Under the pieces are notes generated by a model that saw nothing but the letters and a program-made list of their open reading frames with translations, was not told where the DNA came from and searched no databases. A DNA stretch of 64,000 nt, taken from sequence record MK599315.1. One strand, written 5' to 3'. A program made the translations under genes and the position numbers. Below are positions 19,193 through 29,034 of this stretch, piece after piece; the stretch's first letter is position 1; every line of letters starts with the position of its first letter.

Positions 19193-19504
19193 ATGGAACA
19201 TGTAGAAAACGTAATTGAACAACATTCGGCTCTGACCAACGCTGGTGCTTCTGTACTGAAATACTGCGAAGATCTCAAAAGCGATCTTCTTAAAGGTCTC
19301 GATGTTGAAGCCGAAGCAGTCAAAGTACATTCGGCATTTATCGATCGTGCTATCGCTGGTACCATGGCCGGTATCCAGAATGATTTCCATCTGGTACCGA
19401 AGTTCATTGTTAATGAGAGTGGTGAATCTCAGACGGTTGAAGTCGCTCCGAATACTCTGGAGATTGACCTGGCTGCTTCCTATTGGGCAACTGTTAATAA
19501 CTGA
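19193..19504 (+). CDS. hypothetical protein (YFxxVN paralog family)
   Basis: FHLVPK and DLAASYWATVNN. Confidence 0.8.
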   Translation: MEHVENVIEQHSALTNAGASVLKYCEDLKSDLLKGLDVEAEAVKVHSAFIDRAIAGTMAGIQNDFHLVPKFIVNESGESQTVEVAPNTLEIDLAASYWATVNN

Positions 19505-19557
19505 TCCGACATAAGGCTGTCCCCGCGGGGACAGCTTTTTTACCGTTTAATTTTTAG

Positions 19558-19989
19558 GTGGAAAGTATGCCATTTACTATTCCGACATCGGCTATTATTC
19601 TTTTAATTCTGGCCGGTTTAATTTGGTTAACACTACCAACAGAATCAAAAAAGAAAGAAAAGCCAAAAAAGAAAGAAAAGCGTCGTGTTATTATCGGTAG
19701 TATGACACACTACGTCGGTAGTAACCTTATTGCTTATTCAGACTTCCGTCGAATGTATCTAGACTTTCCAGATACCCAGGGCACTGTGTTTCTTTGCTGT
19801 CAGGATAGAACAATTGAAGTATACCAATCTCTTGAATCGGCATACCGAATGGCAGGGGAAGATACGCATTCTATTCTAGAAGTTACTTTGGTTGGCGATC
19901 CTGAATGGAGTGTTAAAGTAGAGCAGGTTACAGAGGGGCAAACCGGTGTACGGACTGAACTTGGCTTTGGTATTATCGCTATGAAGTGA
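19558..19989 (+). CDS. hypothetical membrane-anchored protein
   Basis: N-terminal TM helix followed by a Lys-rich linker. Confidence 0.75.
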   Translation: MESMPFTIPTSAIILLILAGLIWLTLPTESKKKEKPKKKEKRRVIIGSMTHYVGSNLIAYSDFRRMYLDFPDTQGTVFLCCQDRTIEVYQSLESAYRMAGEDTHSILEVTLVGDPEWSVKVEQVTEGQTGVRTELGFGIIAMK

Positions 19990-20040
19990 CCGATGTTATG
20001 TACAGCAATACCGCTGTTCATGACTATGGAGAATCACCCA

Positions 20041-20448
20041 ATGGCGATTTATTCCCTGGACGAAGCCGGCAAGGCTATGTCCGATGCTGAGATTGCTCAG
20101 TATGAAGATGCTATCAACGAATATCTGTCTCTTCCTGGGACTGTTGATTTCCTTAACGATCCAGAACAAGCTGTCCATTTCGTTCACCGTCATTTCCGTA
20201 ATGTCACCATTGCTGAAACTTCCGTTGCTGCTCTAAAGAAAGCGATTGAAGATGCCGGTTGGAAATCCGTTTCCGTTGAAATCAAGAATGGAAATGAGAT
20301 GTTCGTTAGCTTCTATGTTGAAGAACAACCGGAAGCTCCGGTAGAACCTGAACCGGGTGAAGGTGGCGATAACGAAGGTGAGAATGGTGGCACTGGCGGT
20401 ACTCCTCCGGAGACTGGCGGCGAAACCGAACCCGACGTTGGTGAGTAA
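20041..20448 (+). CDS. hypothetical protein with acidic Gly/Pro-rich tail (xGW family)
   Basis: GGAG RBS, ATG 20041; LKKAIEDAGWKSVSVEI; tail EPEPGEGGDNEGENGGTGG. Confidence 0.8.
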   Translation: MAIYSLDEAGKAMSDAEIAQYEDAINEYLSLPGTVDFLNDPEQAVHFVHRHFRNVTIAETSVAALKKAIEDAGWKSVSVEIKNGNEMFVSFYVEEQPEAPVEPEPGEGGDNEGENGGTGGTPPETGGETEPDVGE

Positions 20449-20521
20449 ACATAATTGCCTCTCCTTCGGGAGAGGCGTTATGTCCTTTTTTTTTCTTTTA
20501 TATTTAAACGCATTAAAAGCC

Positions 20522-20579
20522 TATATTACAACTGTGATAATAGAAGGTTATATTTAAACCTTTTAAATCCCTATATTAC
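20522..20579 (+). promoter_or_regulatory. tandem phiKZ-type early promoters
   Basis: TATATTAC at 20522-20529 and 20572-20579, each preceded by TTAAA and followed by A. Confidence 0.75.
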
Positions 20580-20615
20580 AAATGTGATATTCCACCATGT
20601 AAAAAGGATAGTACA

Positions 20616-21221
20616 ATGAAACAATTGCGAAAAGAAATTCTGAGTAATACCATCGACGGTATTCCGTCTGCATGTGAGCTTCACCTGTACGTTGATTTCA
20701 TTTTTAACGTACCTGTGTTCATCGTCCATAATCAACTAGCTAAAGATTTCGATGTAGACGATGTTCGTCGTTACGGTGCTGTGTTCGTGGATTTCTATTC
20801 CGCGATGAATTTCATGCAACTCGCTAAAGCTACCTGGTATGGTAACACCGAGATCGAACTCGGGCGGGTACAAGGGTGCATCAAATACCATGAGCTTTAT
20901 GAGCTACTGGAAGACAAAAACGGTGATGATGAACTTATCATCGAGATCTCGACTGGGAACAAATTTGTGTTTCTCACTGTTGGAGATGATCCCAATTCTC
21001 TTCACTTCACATCGGATATCAGCAAGGCATGTAACTTCAATAATCTTGGACATGCTGACATGATTATCGCTCGCCTTGGACTCGCGTGCGAGATGGCGTC
21101 CGTAACCGAAATCATCAAAACTGGAGTTTTCAACGATCATGATGTCGTTAACTTCAGTGTTCTCCGAAAAACCGCAGAGCGTACACATAGTGTCGTTCGC
21201 CACTACACCACTAATATTTAA
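20616..21221 (+). CDS. hypothetical protein
   Basis: AAGGA RBS, first ORF after tandem promoters. Confidence 0.8.
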   Translation: MKQLRKEILSNTIDGIPSACELHLYVDFIFNVPVFIVHNQLAKDFDVDDVRRYGAVFVDFYSAMNFMQLAKATWYGNTEIELGRVQGCIKYHELYELLEDKNGDDELIIEISTGNKFVFLTVGDDPNSLHFTSDISKACNFNNLGHADMIIARLGLACEMASVTEIIKTGVFNDHDVVNFSVLRKTAERTHSVVRHYTTNI

Positions 21222-21235
21222 AAGGAAAATTCAAA

Positions 21236-21472
21236 ATGCTGACTTACAACATCCTGAACGATATGGTTACCATCATCCATCTGGATCCGGTTACCATGTC
21301 TCCCGAGCGCTTCCAGGCTTACAACATGCATGTGGCTGGTAAACTCGGACATGATGCACGTGCTTTCATGAAGAAAGATGGGCACGGCTACGACGTGATC
21401 GAATGCTGGGGTTCCAGCGTAGAAGCCAAAGAAAAACTGATTCAAGCACTGCGCGAGGTTGATTCCAAATGA
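21236..21472 (+). CDS. hypothetical protein
   Basis: AAGGA RBS. Confidence 0.75.
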   Translation: MLTYNILNDMVTIIHLDPVTMSPERFQAYNMHVAGKLGHDARAFMKKDGHGYDVIECWGSSVEAKEKLIQALREVDSK

Positions 21473-21861
21473 GTATCGTATCTGTAAAGGTTACTCGTAA
21501 GCGTAAAGGCGTTATCCATGTTCCTCGTGGTGTTGGGTGTGCCGTTAATCCCGGTACCAATCTGATCAGTATCGAATACAACCGTGCTGATAATTACGGT
21601 ATCGCTGACGGTGTCAATGTCTTCGAGATTGATGGATTCGATAATCCCATCAATAGCCGTAATGCAGAGCTCGTCGAATGGGTGAAAGCCTGTAATGGCG
21701 AAAATATCGTTGTCCATTGTGAAATGGGCATGAAGCGTTCCAAGCAAGTAGCTCTGTGGATCATCGAACACTTCGGTTACCACATGATGGATACCATTGA
21801 ATTCCAGCGGCCGGGTGATGGAAACTGGGTTCGTTACAACCGCTATCGCTCGGGAGAATAA
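21469..21861 (+). CDS. protein tyrosine/dual-specificity phosphatase-like (CX5R) protein
   Basis: VVHCEMGMKRS matches the HC-x2-G-x2-RS signature. Confidence 0.75.
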   Translation: MSIVSVKVTRKRKGVIHVPRGVGCAVNPGTNLISIEYNRADNYGIADGVNVFEIDGFDNPINSRNAELVEWVKACNGENIVVHCEMGMKRSKQVALWIIEHFGYHMMDTIEFQRPGDGNWVRYNRYRSGE

Positions 21862-21862
21862 C

Positions 21863-22393
21863 ATGTTCGAACTCAAATTCGCTGAAAAGGAAAGTTTCCC
21901 TGGTCGTGGCCCATGCATTGAACTCTATGGTGACTATGTCACCGAGCGTGTATGGGAAGCTGTTCATCGGGTTGTTACATGTAACCTGATGTCCTCTCCG
22001 TTCTATCAAGCAAAACAAGGTTTCAGTGTATTCTTCCAAGGCGGTCATAATGACCCACGTGGAAAATGGATCCTTCTGGAATTCTGGGTTGATGACATCG
22101 AGAAAACCAACGAATTCGTCCGACTCTTGTCGATTGAAGTTGATAAGGTTCTGATGAAGCGTAATACCCAGATCTGCGTTAACCCGTACAAAATGGGTTA
22201 CGATGATGGCAGTGGTTCTTATACCGCTCTCAGTGAAATCCATAAAGAAACTGGCTGTCGTGTTGACTGGGGTTGTTCGATGAGCCCCATCACATTCCAT
22301 CCAGAAAATAACCTGGAACATCGTGCAGTAACTAAACTCTGTGAGATGTTCCAACTTCCTGTAACTCGCTGGAAAGACACCTGGGAAGTCTAA
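21863..22393 (+). CDS. hypothetical protein
   Basis: GGAG RBS, ATG 21863. Confidence 0.75.
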   Translation: MFELKFAEKESFPGRGPCIELYGDYVTERVWEAVHRVVTCNLMSSPFYQAKQGFSVFFQGGHNDPRGKWILLEFWVDDIEKTNEFVRLLSIEVDKVLMKRNTQICVNPYKMGYDDGSGSYTALSEIHKETGCRVDWGCSMSPITFHPENNLEHRAVTKLCEMFQLPVTRWKDTWEV

Positions 22394-22435
22394 CCCGGAA
22401 TCCCAATCTACTGATTAACTAAAAAGGAAAATGTA

Positions 22436-22909
22436 ATGTTCGGTTCTAATAATACTGCTGATCGCCGCCTCGCTTCCACTCTGGCTCAAGAAAACAAAAT
22501 CGAGATCGTGGGTGGTAATATCGTCCTGTCGGATCTGTATCGTGCAACTCCTCTGATGGACGACAAGCTGTTGTTCAACGTGGAGGCTCTTCCGGAATTC
22601 ATGCCCCACCTACTGACCTTCGCTCCGGTGGAAGTCGAACGCAAAAATCTGATCCTGGGCGATGAGCGGGTGTTCCAGCTGATCGAGAACTACATCGAAA
22701 ATATGACCGATGAGGAAGCGCTGGTTATTCGTAACCAAATCGATCGCATCAATGTCGTTTATGGCATTCGTTCCATCGAGTGTTACAAAGACAGCTTCAT
22801 CGTGCACTTCAACATGGGCAAGAAACCCATGAGCGCGATCATCGCTGTGTTCAACATGGTTGATGGTGTCGATACCTTCGAGTACGCTCATCGCACTTCT
22901 CTGAACTAA
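22436..22909 (+). CDS. hypothetical protein
   Basis: AAGGA RBS; followed by hairpin at 22914. Confidence 0.8.
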   Translation: MFGSNNTADRRLASTLAQENKIEIVGGNIVLSDLYRATPLMDDKLLFNVEALPEFMPHLLTFAPVEVERKNLILGDERVFQLIENYIENMTDEEALVIRNQIDRINVVYGIRSIECYKDSFIVHFNMGKKPMSAIIAVFNMVDGVDTFEYAHRTSLN

Positions 22910-22963
22910 TGACAGGGGACCTTCGGGTCCCCTTTCTATACATTTTTCTTTAGGGTCTTGAAA

Positions 22964-23314
22964 ATGCAAGTTAAACAAGGTTGGGGTTCACTCCCCGAGT
23001 CGTTGTCTCTCTTCGACAACACGAGTAAGGCTTCTGAAGCATTCCGTAAGGTACGCGAAGCTAATCCAGAAATGTTCAATGTCGTTGATCAAACGCGCAT
23101 TATTATTCGGTCTGGTGTATTGGAACCGGAGAACTGGAAACTCGATGACCACACTAAAGGTCTGGTCTATCGCGTCAGTATGGGTAGTCTGCCGTGGAAC
23201 ACGGCAGACTATCAAGAACTCCGGCAATGGCTTTTCCGTTTGGGTTATGTCAACCCCTACATCGAATACAACCCTGAAAAATCTATGGTCACCGTTCAAT
23301 TTGAGATGCCATAA
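22964..23314 (+). CDS. hypothetical protein
   Basis: Packed ORF; LRQWLFRLGYVNPYIEY. Confidence 0.75.
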   Translation: MQVKQGWGSLPESLSLFDNTSKASEAFRKVREANPEMFNVVDQTRIIIRSGVLEPENWKLDDHTKGLVYRVSMGSLPWNTADYQELRQWLFRLGYVNPYIEYNPEKSMVTVQFEMP

Positions 23315-23730
23315 TGACTGAACTCGACGAAAAGATAAAGAAGCTATTGGACTGGAGTTGGCGTGTAGAGATAGAGCCTCGCCATTATAATGGAAAGGCC
23401 ACTCTGACACAAATGCTATGTGGCCGTAGTTGCTATTATGGATCCTTCATCGATGCCAATAAACTCTTGGTGTCTGATGAAGACCAGAAGACTATGTTTG
23501 AATCCGCTAAGGCTACGAAGCAATTCGTATCACTTAGCATCGAGCTTACCTACAAAGAACCTAAAAAGTACTCGTGGGAAAAACAAACATATCGAACTAA
23601 AACCTTGTGCATCTGGGCCGATACCATTAGCAAAGCTGTGCAGATAGCTTATCTCTATTTAGATGAACATACGACTAATGAGACACATGACAATGGTCAG
23701 TCTGTTTATAAGGTCGTAAAATTACCCTGA
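23314..23730 (+). CDS. hypothetical protein
   Basis: TAATG overlap. Confidence 0.75.
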   Translation: MTELDEKIKKLLDWSWRVEIEPRHYNGKATLTQMLCGRSCYYGSFIDANKLLVSDEDQKTMFESAKATKQFVSLSIELTYKEPKKYSWEKQTYRTKTLCIWADTISKAVQIAYLYLDEHTTNETHDNGQSVYKVVKLP

Positions 23731-23738
23731 GAATAGAC

Positions 23739-23999
23739 ATGAATTCTAACATCAAACTGGTAAAAAACGAAGGCGAATGGCTGGTACAGAAAATGGAAAC
23801 TCAAAACAAGTTTACGTTTTCGCTGGATGATGATACCAGTTGGGTGTCACTAGGAATTCATCCTGACTCGGGTCTTCGTTTCGAATGTAATATGAGTGGT
23901 GTTCTAGAACGGGTTTATCGAGTGAAAGACAACATTGATCTTGATGTGGTTGAAATCCCATCTAACCATGGTCTTGCACGCCAACTTAATATTCAATGA
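23739..23999 (+). CDS. hypothetical protein
   Basis: Packed ORF. Confidence 0.7.
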   Translation: MNSNIKLVKNEGEWLVQKMETQNKFTFSLDDDTSWVSLGIHPDSGLRFECNMSGVLERVYRVKDNIDLDVVEIPSNHGLARQLNIQ

Positions 24000-24399
24000 G
24001 GTTATCAATGTTTATTGAAACACTGGTTAACTTATGCATCATAGTTGCGGTAATTGCACTTGCTTATACAGTCGTTCGTTTTGTATTTAGGATCAGGAAA
24101 CATTTCGTCGTAAATGTACTACATGTCCGAGGTGCAGTGAGTCGCAAAATACCAATTAAAAATAAAGGTAATTGCTATGGGCTGCGTGATGGTAGGAACC
24201 AGTTCTATGTTGTAGTTAGAAATGGTGAAGTGACCTACCACAAAACCTTACCAATCTGGAGATAGATTTAATCTCCAACGATGCTGATACCCTGTACTTC
24301 AAATATCACCAAGTCTGGTTAAGAGGCGGTGGTGCTTATAAATTCGAGGAATTCGATTTGAAGGGTAACAATAACGTTATTGATTGGAGGACAATCTAA
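23996..24399 (+). CDS. hypothetical membrane protein with apparent 1-bp frameshift near 24243
   Basis: One extra A in CAC-AAA-A(A)C continues as NLTNLEIDLISNDADTLYFKY...WRTI* to 24399, filling an otherwise empty gap. Confidence 0.6.
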
Positions 24400-24413
24400 C
24401 ACGGAGATTCCGT

Positions 24414-24791
24414 ATGGATAAAACTCTCATTGAGTTATCTTTTCTATTATTCATGACTGCATTACTACTAACTTGGGTAATGATTATTATTCATCGTCCT
24501 CTTGTAGTGAATAATAAGCGCGTGAATATAGAAGTAGTAGGATACTCACATGACGGTATAAAAACGACTCCGGTCTGTTCGAATCCTGTTGTGGTCGATA
24601 GCTTAGATTCGACATTTTATGTCTATCTTTCTAATGACATGGTTATACTAGATCAACGCTATAGGGAAGATTTGATATATCAGTCCTCGTTCTATTATGT
24701 CATTGAAACTTCATTGAATGAATTTGTTCGAGTCATTAGAACGCGATCTGATAAACCCATTAGCTTCAATTTCAAATTTGGAGAATACTGA
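24414..24791 (+). CDS. hypothetical membrane-anchored protein
   Basis: GGAG RBS, ATG 24414; N-terminal TM helix. Confidence 0.7.
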   Translation: MDKTLIELSFLLFMTALLLTWVMIIIHRPLVVNNKRVNIEVVGYSHDGIKTTPVCSNPVVVDSLDSTFYVYLSNDMVILDQRYREDLIYQSSFYYVIETSLNEFVRVIRTRSDKPISFNFKFGEY

Positions 24792-25231
24792 TGACTGAGA
24801 AAGTCTCTAGTTCTATCCGTGTACCGCTTTACCAAATGGGTAAGAGCGATAAGCACTTCGCACAACATCTACGTATGCCTGTTTATCGGGTTGATATAGA
24901 AGGTGTTGGTTCGGTTCTGTCTAGTTATGTGAAGGTGGATTCCACGTTCAATATCTTTGCACTCTGCGGTGGTGATGAAGACATTCGTAAACTGAAGATT
25001 GAAGAAGTCGCCTACGTTGATTCGGGTGATAATATTCTATTCCACAAAGTCACCGAACACGATCCTATCGAAATTCGTCGCGATGGTCTTTTCCGTTTTG
25101 GTATGGTATCCAAGATGGATGGACTGCGGTGGGGAACTACCTTCGAAGTCGATGGTGTTACTGGTCATGCTGTGATCAAGATCGATCGGGAATCTCCGAT
25201 TATCGGAGTTAAGTTCTCTCTGGTAGCTTAA
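24791..25231 (+). CDS. hypothetical protein
   Basis: TGATG overlap. Confidence 0.75.
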   Translation: MTEKVSSSIRVPLYQMGKSDKHFAQHLRMPVYRVDIEGVGSVLSSYVKVDSTFNIFALCGGDEDIRKLKIEEVAYVDSGDNILFHKVTEHDPIEIRRDGLFRFGMVSKMDGLRWGTTFEVDGVTGHAVIKIDRESPIIGVKFSLVA

Positions 25232-25290
25232 CATAGAGCTCTCCCTTCGGGGAGAGCATTATGTCGTTACATTCAATTGTTTTAAAAGCC

Positions 25291-25298
25291 TATATTAC
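25291..25298 (+). promoter_or_regulatory. phiKZ-type early promoter motif
   Basis: TTTAAAAGCC-TATATTAC after terminator hairpin. Confidence 0.75.
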
Positions 25299-25324
25299 AA
25301 GCTTGGTCAACCGGGGAACATGTA

Positions 25325-25681
25325 ATGAAAGATATACTGATCCGTGAATCACGTAATGCGGCTGTAACTAGCGTCATGCGTATTTATTACGATCAACAAC
25401 ATAAGGCTGGTGTAACGACTGAAGCTGCAACGAATGCTATTGTTGATGCTTTCAACAATCGTTTCGACTTCAAAGCTGAACTGAGGGATAACGCAAACGA
25501 TGAACGTCTGTTTGTTGTAAACTGTATCTTCGAGGGACGGGATCGCCGTTACCTCACTGTTTGGGTTGATCGTTCCACGGGTGAGATCAATGCACATGCA
25601 AATCACACTCTGAAATGGCCCGATGCAAATCGTTTCCAACGTGAACTAATCTCTGTCGCTGTAATTGCTTCAACGGTGTAA
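25325..25681 (+). CDS. hypothetical protein
   Basis: First ORF after promoter. Confidence 0.75.
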   Translation: MKDILIRESRNAAVTSVMRIYYDQQHKAGVTTEAATNAIVDAFNNRFDFKAELRDNANDERLFVVNCIFEGRDRRYLTVWVDRSTGEINAHANHTLKWPDANRFQRELISVAVIASTV

Positions 25682-25792
25682 AATGCAACAAGTTACAACA
25701 AGTAAACAAAAATATATCATCAACACGATACTCGACCAAAAATGGAGAGAGCGTAAAGATGTAGTGACAGATAAAGCGAAAGGTAAAAAGAA

Positions 25793-26092
25793 ATGAACTT
25801 CAGTACTCTCATTAGTGATACAATGAAACTTAGTGCTAACCTGGCAAAGAACGATGTCGTTAAAGGCATGGTATTGCAGGCGGCCAGGGATATCTTTATT
25901 ACCCGTACTGATAGAGAAAAAGGTTATACCGAAACAAAGTATGCCAATGAAGGTGATGACCTTGAAATCATTTGCGAGGATGTAGATAATCCAGCTGGTG
26001 GTTTCCGGGTAATCAACCATGATAATTTCAATCAGATTGAAACCATCCCATTTAGTGAGATGGAAGATACATTCAACGACTATGGCAAATAA
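25793..26092 (+). CDS. hypothetical protein (small beta-barrel paralog family)
   Basis: VLQAARDIF...YANEGDDLEII. Confidence 0.7.
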   Translation: MNFSTLISDTMKLSANLAKNDVVKGMVLQAARDIFITRTDREKGYTETKYANEGDDLEIICEDVDNPAGGFRVINHDNFNQIETIPFSEMEDTFNDYGK

Positions 26093-26123
26093 ACATAGTT
26101 ATCTCGATCAAGAGGAATAAACC

Positions 26124-26321
26124 ATGAGTGTTAAAGCTACTGCTCTGGAAAACATCACTGCCAACGTTAGTGATAGTGGGCCTGGTTTAATAATGGCAAA
26201 TAAAGGTGATGAACTCAAGATCATTCGTAAGGTAAGCGGGGACACTTACGAGGTTGTTCTATCGAGTGATCCTGAAGCTGTATCGTTCTATGCCTCCCGT
26301 AGTCAGATTGTCATTCATTAA
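26124..26321 (+). CDS. hypothetical protein (small beta-barrel paralog family)
   Basis: GAGG RBS; ATALENIT...MANKGDELKII. Confidence 0.75.
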   Translation: MSVKATALENITANVSDSGPGLIMANKGDELKIIRKVSGDTYEVVLSSDPEAVSFYASRSQIVIH

Positions 26322-26335
26322 TAGAGGATTCGAAA

Positions 26336-26860
26336 ATGAAAGTAGGTGATCAGTTCTATACAACCACCACACTGCGCACGCAGGATAATCCGAATGTAAC
26401 CTATCATCCTGGCTGGGTACTTACCCTCGAAAAAGAAATGGAAGGCACTACACTGTTTATCGGTGTAGATAGCTGCGGACGTCGATTCGTGGTCGGACCT
26501 CATAATGGGGTAGCTACTGATATCCCAGTCGATCCTGAACTTTTCCGCCGTGCTGTTGCACGAGGATATGATGGTAGCCCCGAGTTCTTCCGCAAAGGTT
26601 ACAACCGTATCCTCGAAATGCAATTGAAGGTGGCGATGGAAGGTCGTCAGATCTTTATGATTTCTGACGAGGCATTGGACAAAGCCATTCAACTAGACTC
26701 CGAAATGGAATCGATTGGTGTATTCGATCCTATGTATGAACAACATAAAGCTAGCCGCGATGCGTATCTCAACATGGCTGAGATTCTCAGTAAGCTGGAA
26801 TCGCTTGTTGTTACATACCGAGAAGAATCCCGTCTTCTCTTCCCAGAATACCACAAGTAA
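26336..26860 (+). CDS. hypothetical protein
   Basis: GAGG RBS. Confidence 0.8.
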   Translation: MKVGDQFYTTTTLRTQDNPNVTYHPGWVLTLEKEMEGTTLFIGVDSCGRRFVVGPHNGVATDIPVDPELFRRAVARGYDGSPEFFRKGYNRILEMQLKVAMEGRQIFMISDEALDKAIQLDSEMESIGVFDPMYEQHKASRDAYLNMAEILSKLESLVVTYREESRLLFPEYHK

Positions 26861-26904
26861 TACTGGGCTGCTAAATGTAATAGTCATTTAGCAAGGATTT
26901 TGAA

Positions 26905-27264
26905 ATGCAACAGGCATTCCATGGTGAAACCCAATACAACAAATGGTCTTCGACTATCTGGGGTAGGGGGAAACGTAAAGATGTTGTAACGAATGGGTTG
27001 TACTGCATTGTCCATCTTGGGACCGGTAAGTTCGTCATGGGGCGAAGTAAAACAGTCTCTAAAGATGTAGACCAATTGATCACACGCATTAAAGGACAAG
27101 CTAGCCCTTGGCCTAAGATGAATCGATTGATGGAAGGTGATCCAGAAAACAGCGATCTGGAATTGTTGGAGTTTCCTGCAAGTCAAGCAGAAGCCAAACA
27201 AATCGAAGGTCGCATTCGGATCACCCTAAAAGAAACGCAGTATAGCTATCTGTTACTCAATTGA
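26905..27264 (+). CDS. GIY-YIG-like domain protein (degenerate)
   Basis: GLYCIVHLGTGKFVMGRS follows the GIY-x10-YIG spacing. Confidence 0.55.
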   Translation: MQQAFHGETQYNKWSSTIWGRGKRKDVVTNGLYCIVHLGTGKFVMGRSKTVSKDVDQLITRIKGQASPWPKMNRLMEGDPENSDLELLEFPASQAEAKQIEGRIRITLKETQYSYLLLN

Positions 27265-27301
27265 GGACCTTCGGGTCCTCTTTATTCCCTTAGGAGCGAA
27301 C

Positions 27302-27946
27302 ATGTCTAATGTAGTTGATGTTGCAGGAACTGTATCTGGTATGGCCATTCAACCGAACAACCCTGTATTCGAGATGTCGCATGTACTCGAACAAAAGGTA
27401 GCAGATATCCAGAAGGCGATTGTTAATCAATTCGAAGGTAATGACTACGTTATTTATACGCGTCGTGCTGACGAACTGCCGCAAGCACGTTTCACCATTG
27501 GTCTTGGTCGAACCGGGTTACCTGAATTTGTTACCATGGGTCTTACTGAAAAAGACTACGTGCGTGACATTTTCCGTGCAGCTGCTGTAGCCGCAGATAC
27601 TGTTGATATTGAGGAACGGGATCTGTACAACGCTGGAGACTGGGCAGACTATCTGAACGAAAAGCTGTTGTCGACCAAAAATCTTCGCTACTACTATCGG
27701 TTCATTCCTATTGACTCCGAACAGTTCATGCATGGAGTTGGTTTGAACTGCGGCCGTTTTTATGGACCGAACTCCGACCGTGTACGTGTAGTGCAATTGA
27801 TTTACTCCTTGGATGGGTATTTCCCTGATGAAGAAGGTTATCCTTCTAATCTCATCGATCAACCTATCCTCCCGCAAATCCCTTACGGTTACCCGCATCG
27901 TGCATCTGCACGTTTCGCTGATACCGATAACCGTTGGTTGAATTGA
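27302..27946 (+). CDS. DUF4262-like protein
   Basis: FTIGLGRTGLPEFVTMGL and VQLIYSLDGYFPDEEGY...QPIL. Confidence 0.6.
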   Translation: MSNVVDVAGTVSGMAIQPNNPVFEMSHVLEQKVADIQKAIVNQFEGNDYVIYTRRADELPQARFTIGLGRTGLPEFVTMGLTEKDYVRDIFRAAAVAADTVDIEERDLYNAGDWADYLNEKLLSTKNLRYYYRFIPIDSEQFMHGVGLNCGRFYGPNSDRVRVVQLIYSLDGYFPDEEGYPSNLIDQPILPQIPYGYPHRASARFADTDNRWLN

Positions 27947-27953
27947 GGTAAAC

Positions 27954-28184
27954 ATGGAAAAGAAATTCAAATGTGGTACGTTCATTCTCACCAATAATCA
28001 GGTAAAGAATGCCAAAGGTGAGATCTATATGGAAGCAGATCAACCGGGTCGAATCATGGTAGTCGATCCGGCAAAAGCTCCATTGATGTATGGTATTCGT
28101 CGAGATGAAACCACCATCAATTACGTGTATGTCACTGAAACTGATATCCGTGTAAATCCGGCGTTCCCTCTACCAAGTCTGTGA
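27954..28184 (+). CDS. hypothetical protein
   Basis: GAGGT RBS. Confidence 0.75.
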   Translation: MEKKFKCGTFILTNNQVKNAKGEIYMEADQPGRIMVVDPAKAPLMYGIRRDETTINYVYVTETDIRVNPAFPLPSL

Positions 28185-28191
28185 GGTAAGC

Positions 28192-28551
28192 ATGGTATTT
28201 AACTGGGATACATCGGGAGCGAATAATATTCGTAACCTGATGCTCCCCGTTCAATCGCCGTACTACATGAAGGTCTCGACCGAAGATGGTCGGGATCTTT
28301 TGTGGTTCGTTCGAAAGCGCGGTGAGAAGATCGCTGAATGGGTCACTTCTTATGTTAATGAGGAGTTGGTCCGGTGGAAAGACTTCAAAACAGCTCAGCT
28401 TATGCTGGCACATGTAACCACTCAACCTGACCTACCTAAGTTGATCCTGACAATGGGTGAAACTCCGGGTAATTACAAAGTTAAACTTGTGTATCTCCGC
28501 GATCATGAGATTGCGGCAAGTACAACTATTTCAATCACTAAAGAGGAATAA
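28192..28551 (+). CDS. hypothetical protein
   Basis: GAGGT RBS. Confidence 0.75.
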   Translation: MVFNWDTSGANNIRNLMLPVQSPYYMKVSTEDGRDLLWFVRKRGEKIAEWVTSYVNEELVRWKDFKTAQLMLAHVTTQPDLPKLILTMGETPGNYKVKLVYLRDHEIAASTTISITKEE

Positions 28552-28554
28552 GTC

Positions 28555-29034
28555 ATGGCCTATAGCCTGGGTATCGCTGTACGTGATAGTTCGGTATTGA
28601 TCGTCACCAACGATTTCAAATACGAGAACATTGTTCTGTTTAAACCTATCAATGGCATGAAGATCGAAGGTGCTTCTGTTCATCTGGTATGCATCTGCTT
28701 CGGTGACAAAGAGAAGCGTTCTCTGGTTCACGAGATCATGACCAACAACGAACGGACCGACTACAGTCGTGAAGACATTCTGGCCATGATGACCGAGCAT
28801 GGTGTGGAACTTCGCGTTATCGCCGACAAAGTGGTCCATGTATTCCAGAACATCCGGGATGTGGCTACACACGGGATCATCGATTCCAATACCACTACCT
28901 TCTGGTTTGGCGATACGGAGCATCGTAAACTGTTCTTCCCGTATTGTGGTAAAGAAGGTAAACCTTTCCGTCAAGCTTACCGTGACGAAGAACTCTGTCG
29001 TGTATTCGAGTTCGTAACCGTTATCAACCTGTAA
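28555..29034 (+). CDS. hypothetical protein
   Basis: GAGG RBS. Confidence 0.8.
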   Translation: MAYSLGIAVRDSSVLIVTNDFKYENIVLFKPINGMKIEGASVHLVCICFGDKEKRSLVHEIMTNNERTDYSREDILAMMTEHGVELRVIADKVVHVFQNIRDVATHGIIDSNTTTFWFGDTEHRKLFFPYCGKEGKPFRQAYRDEELCRVFEFVTVINL

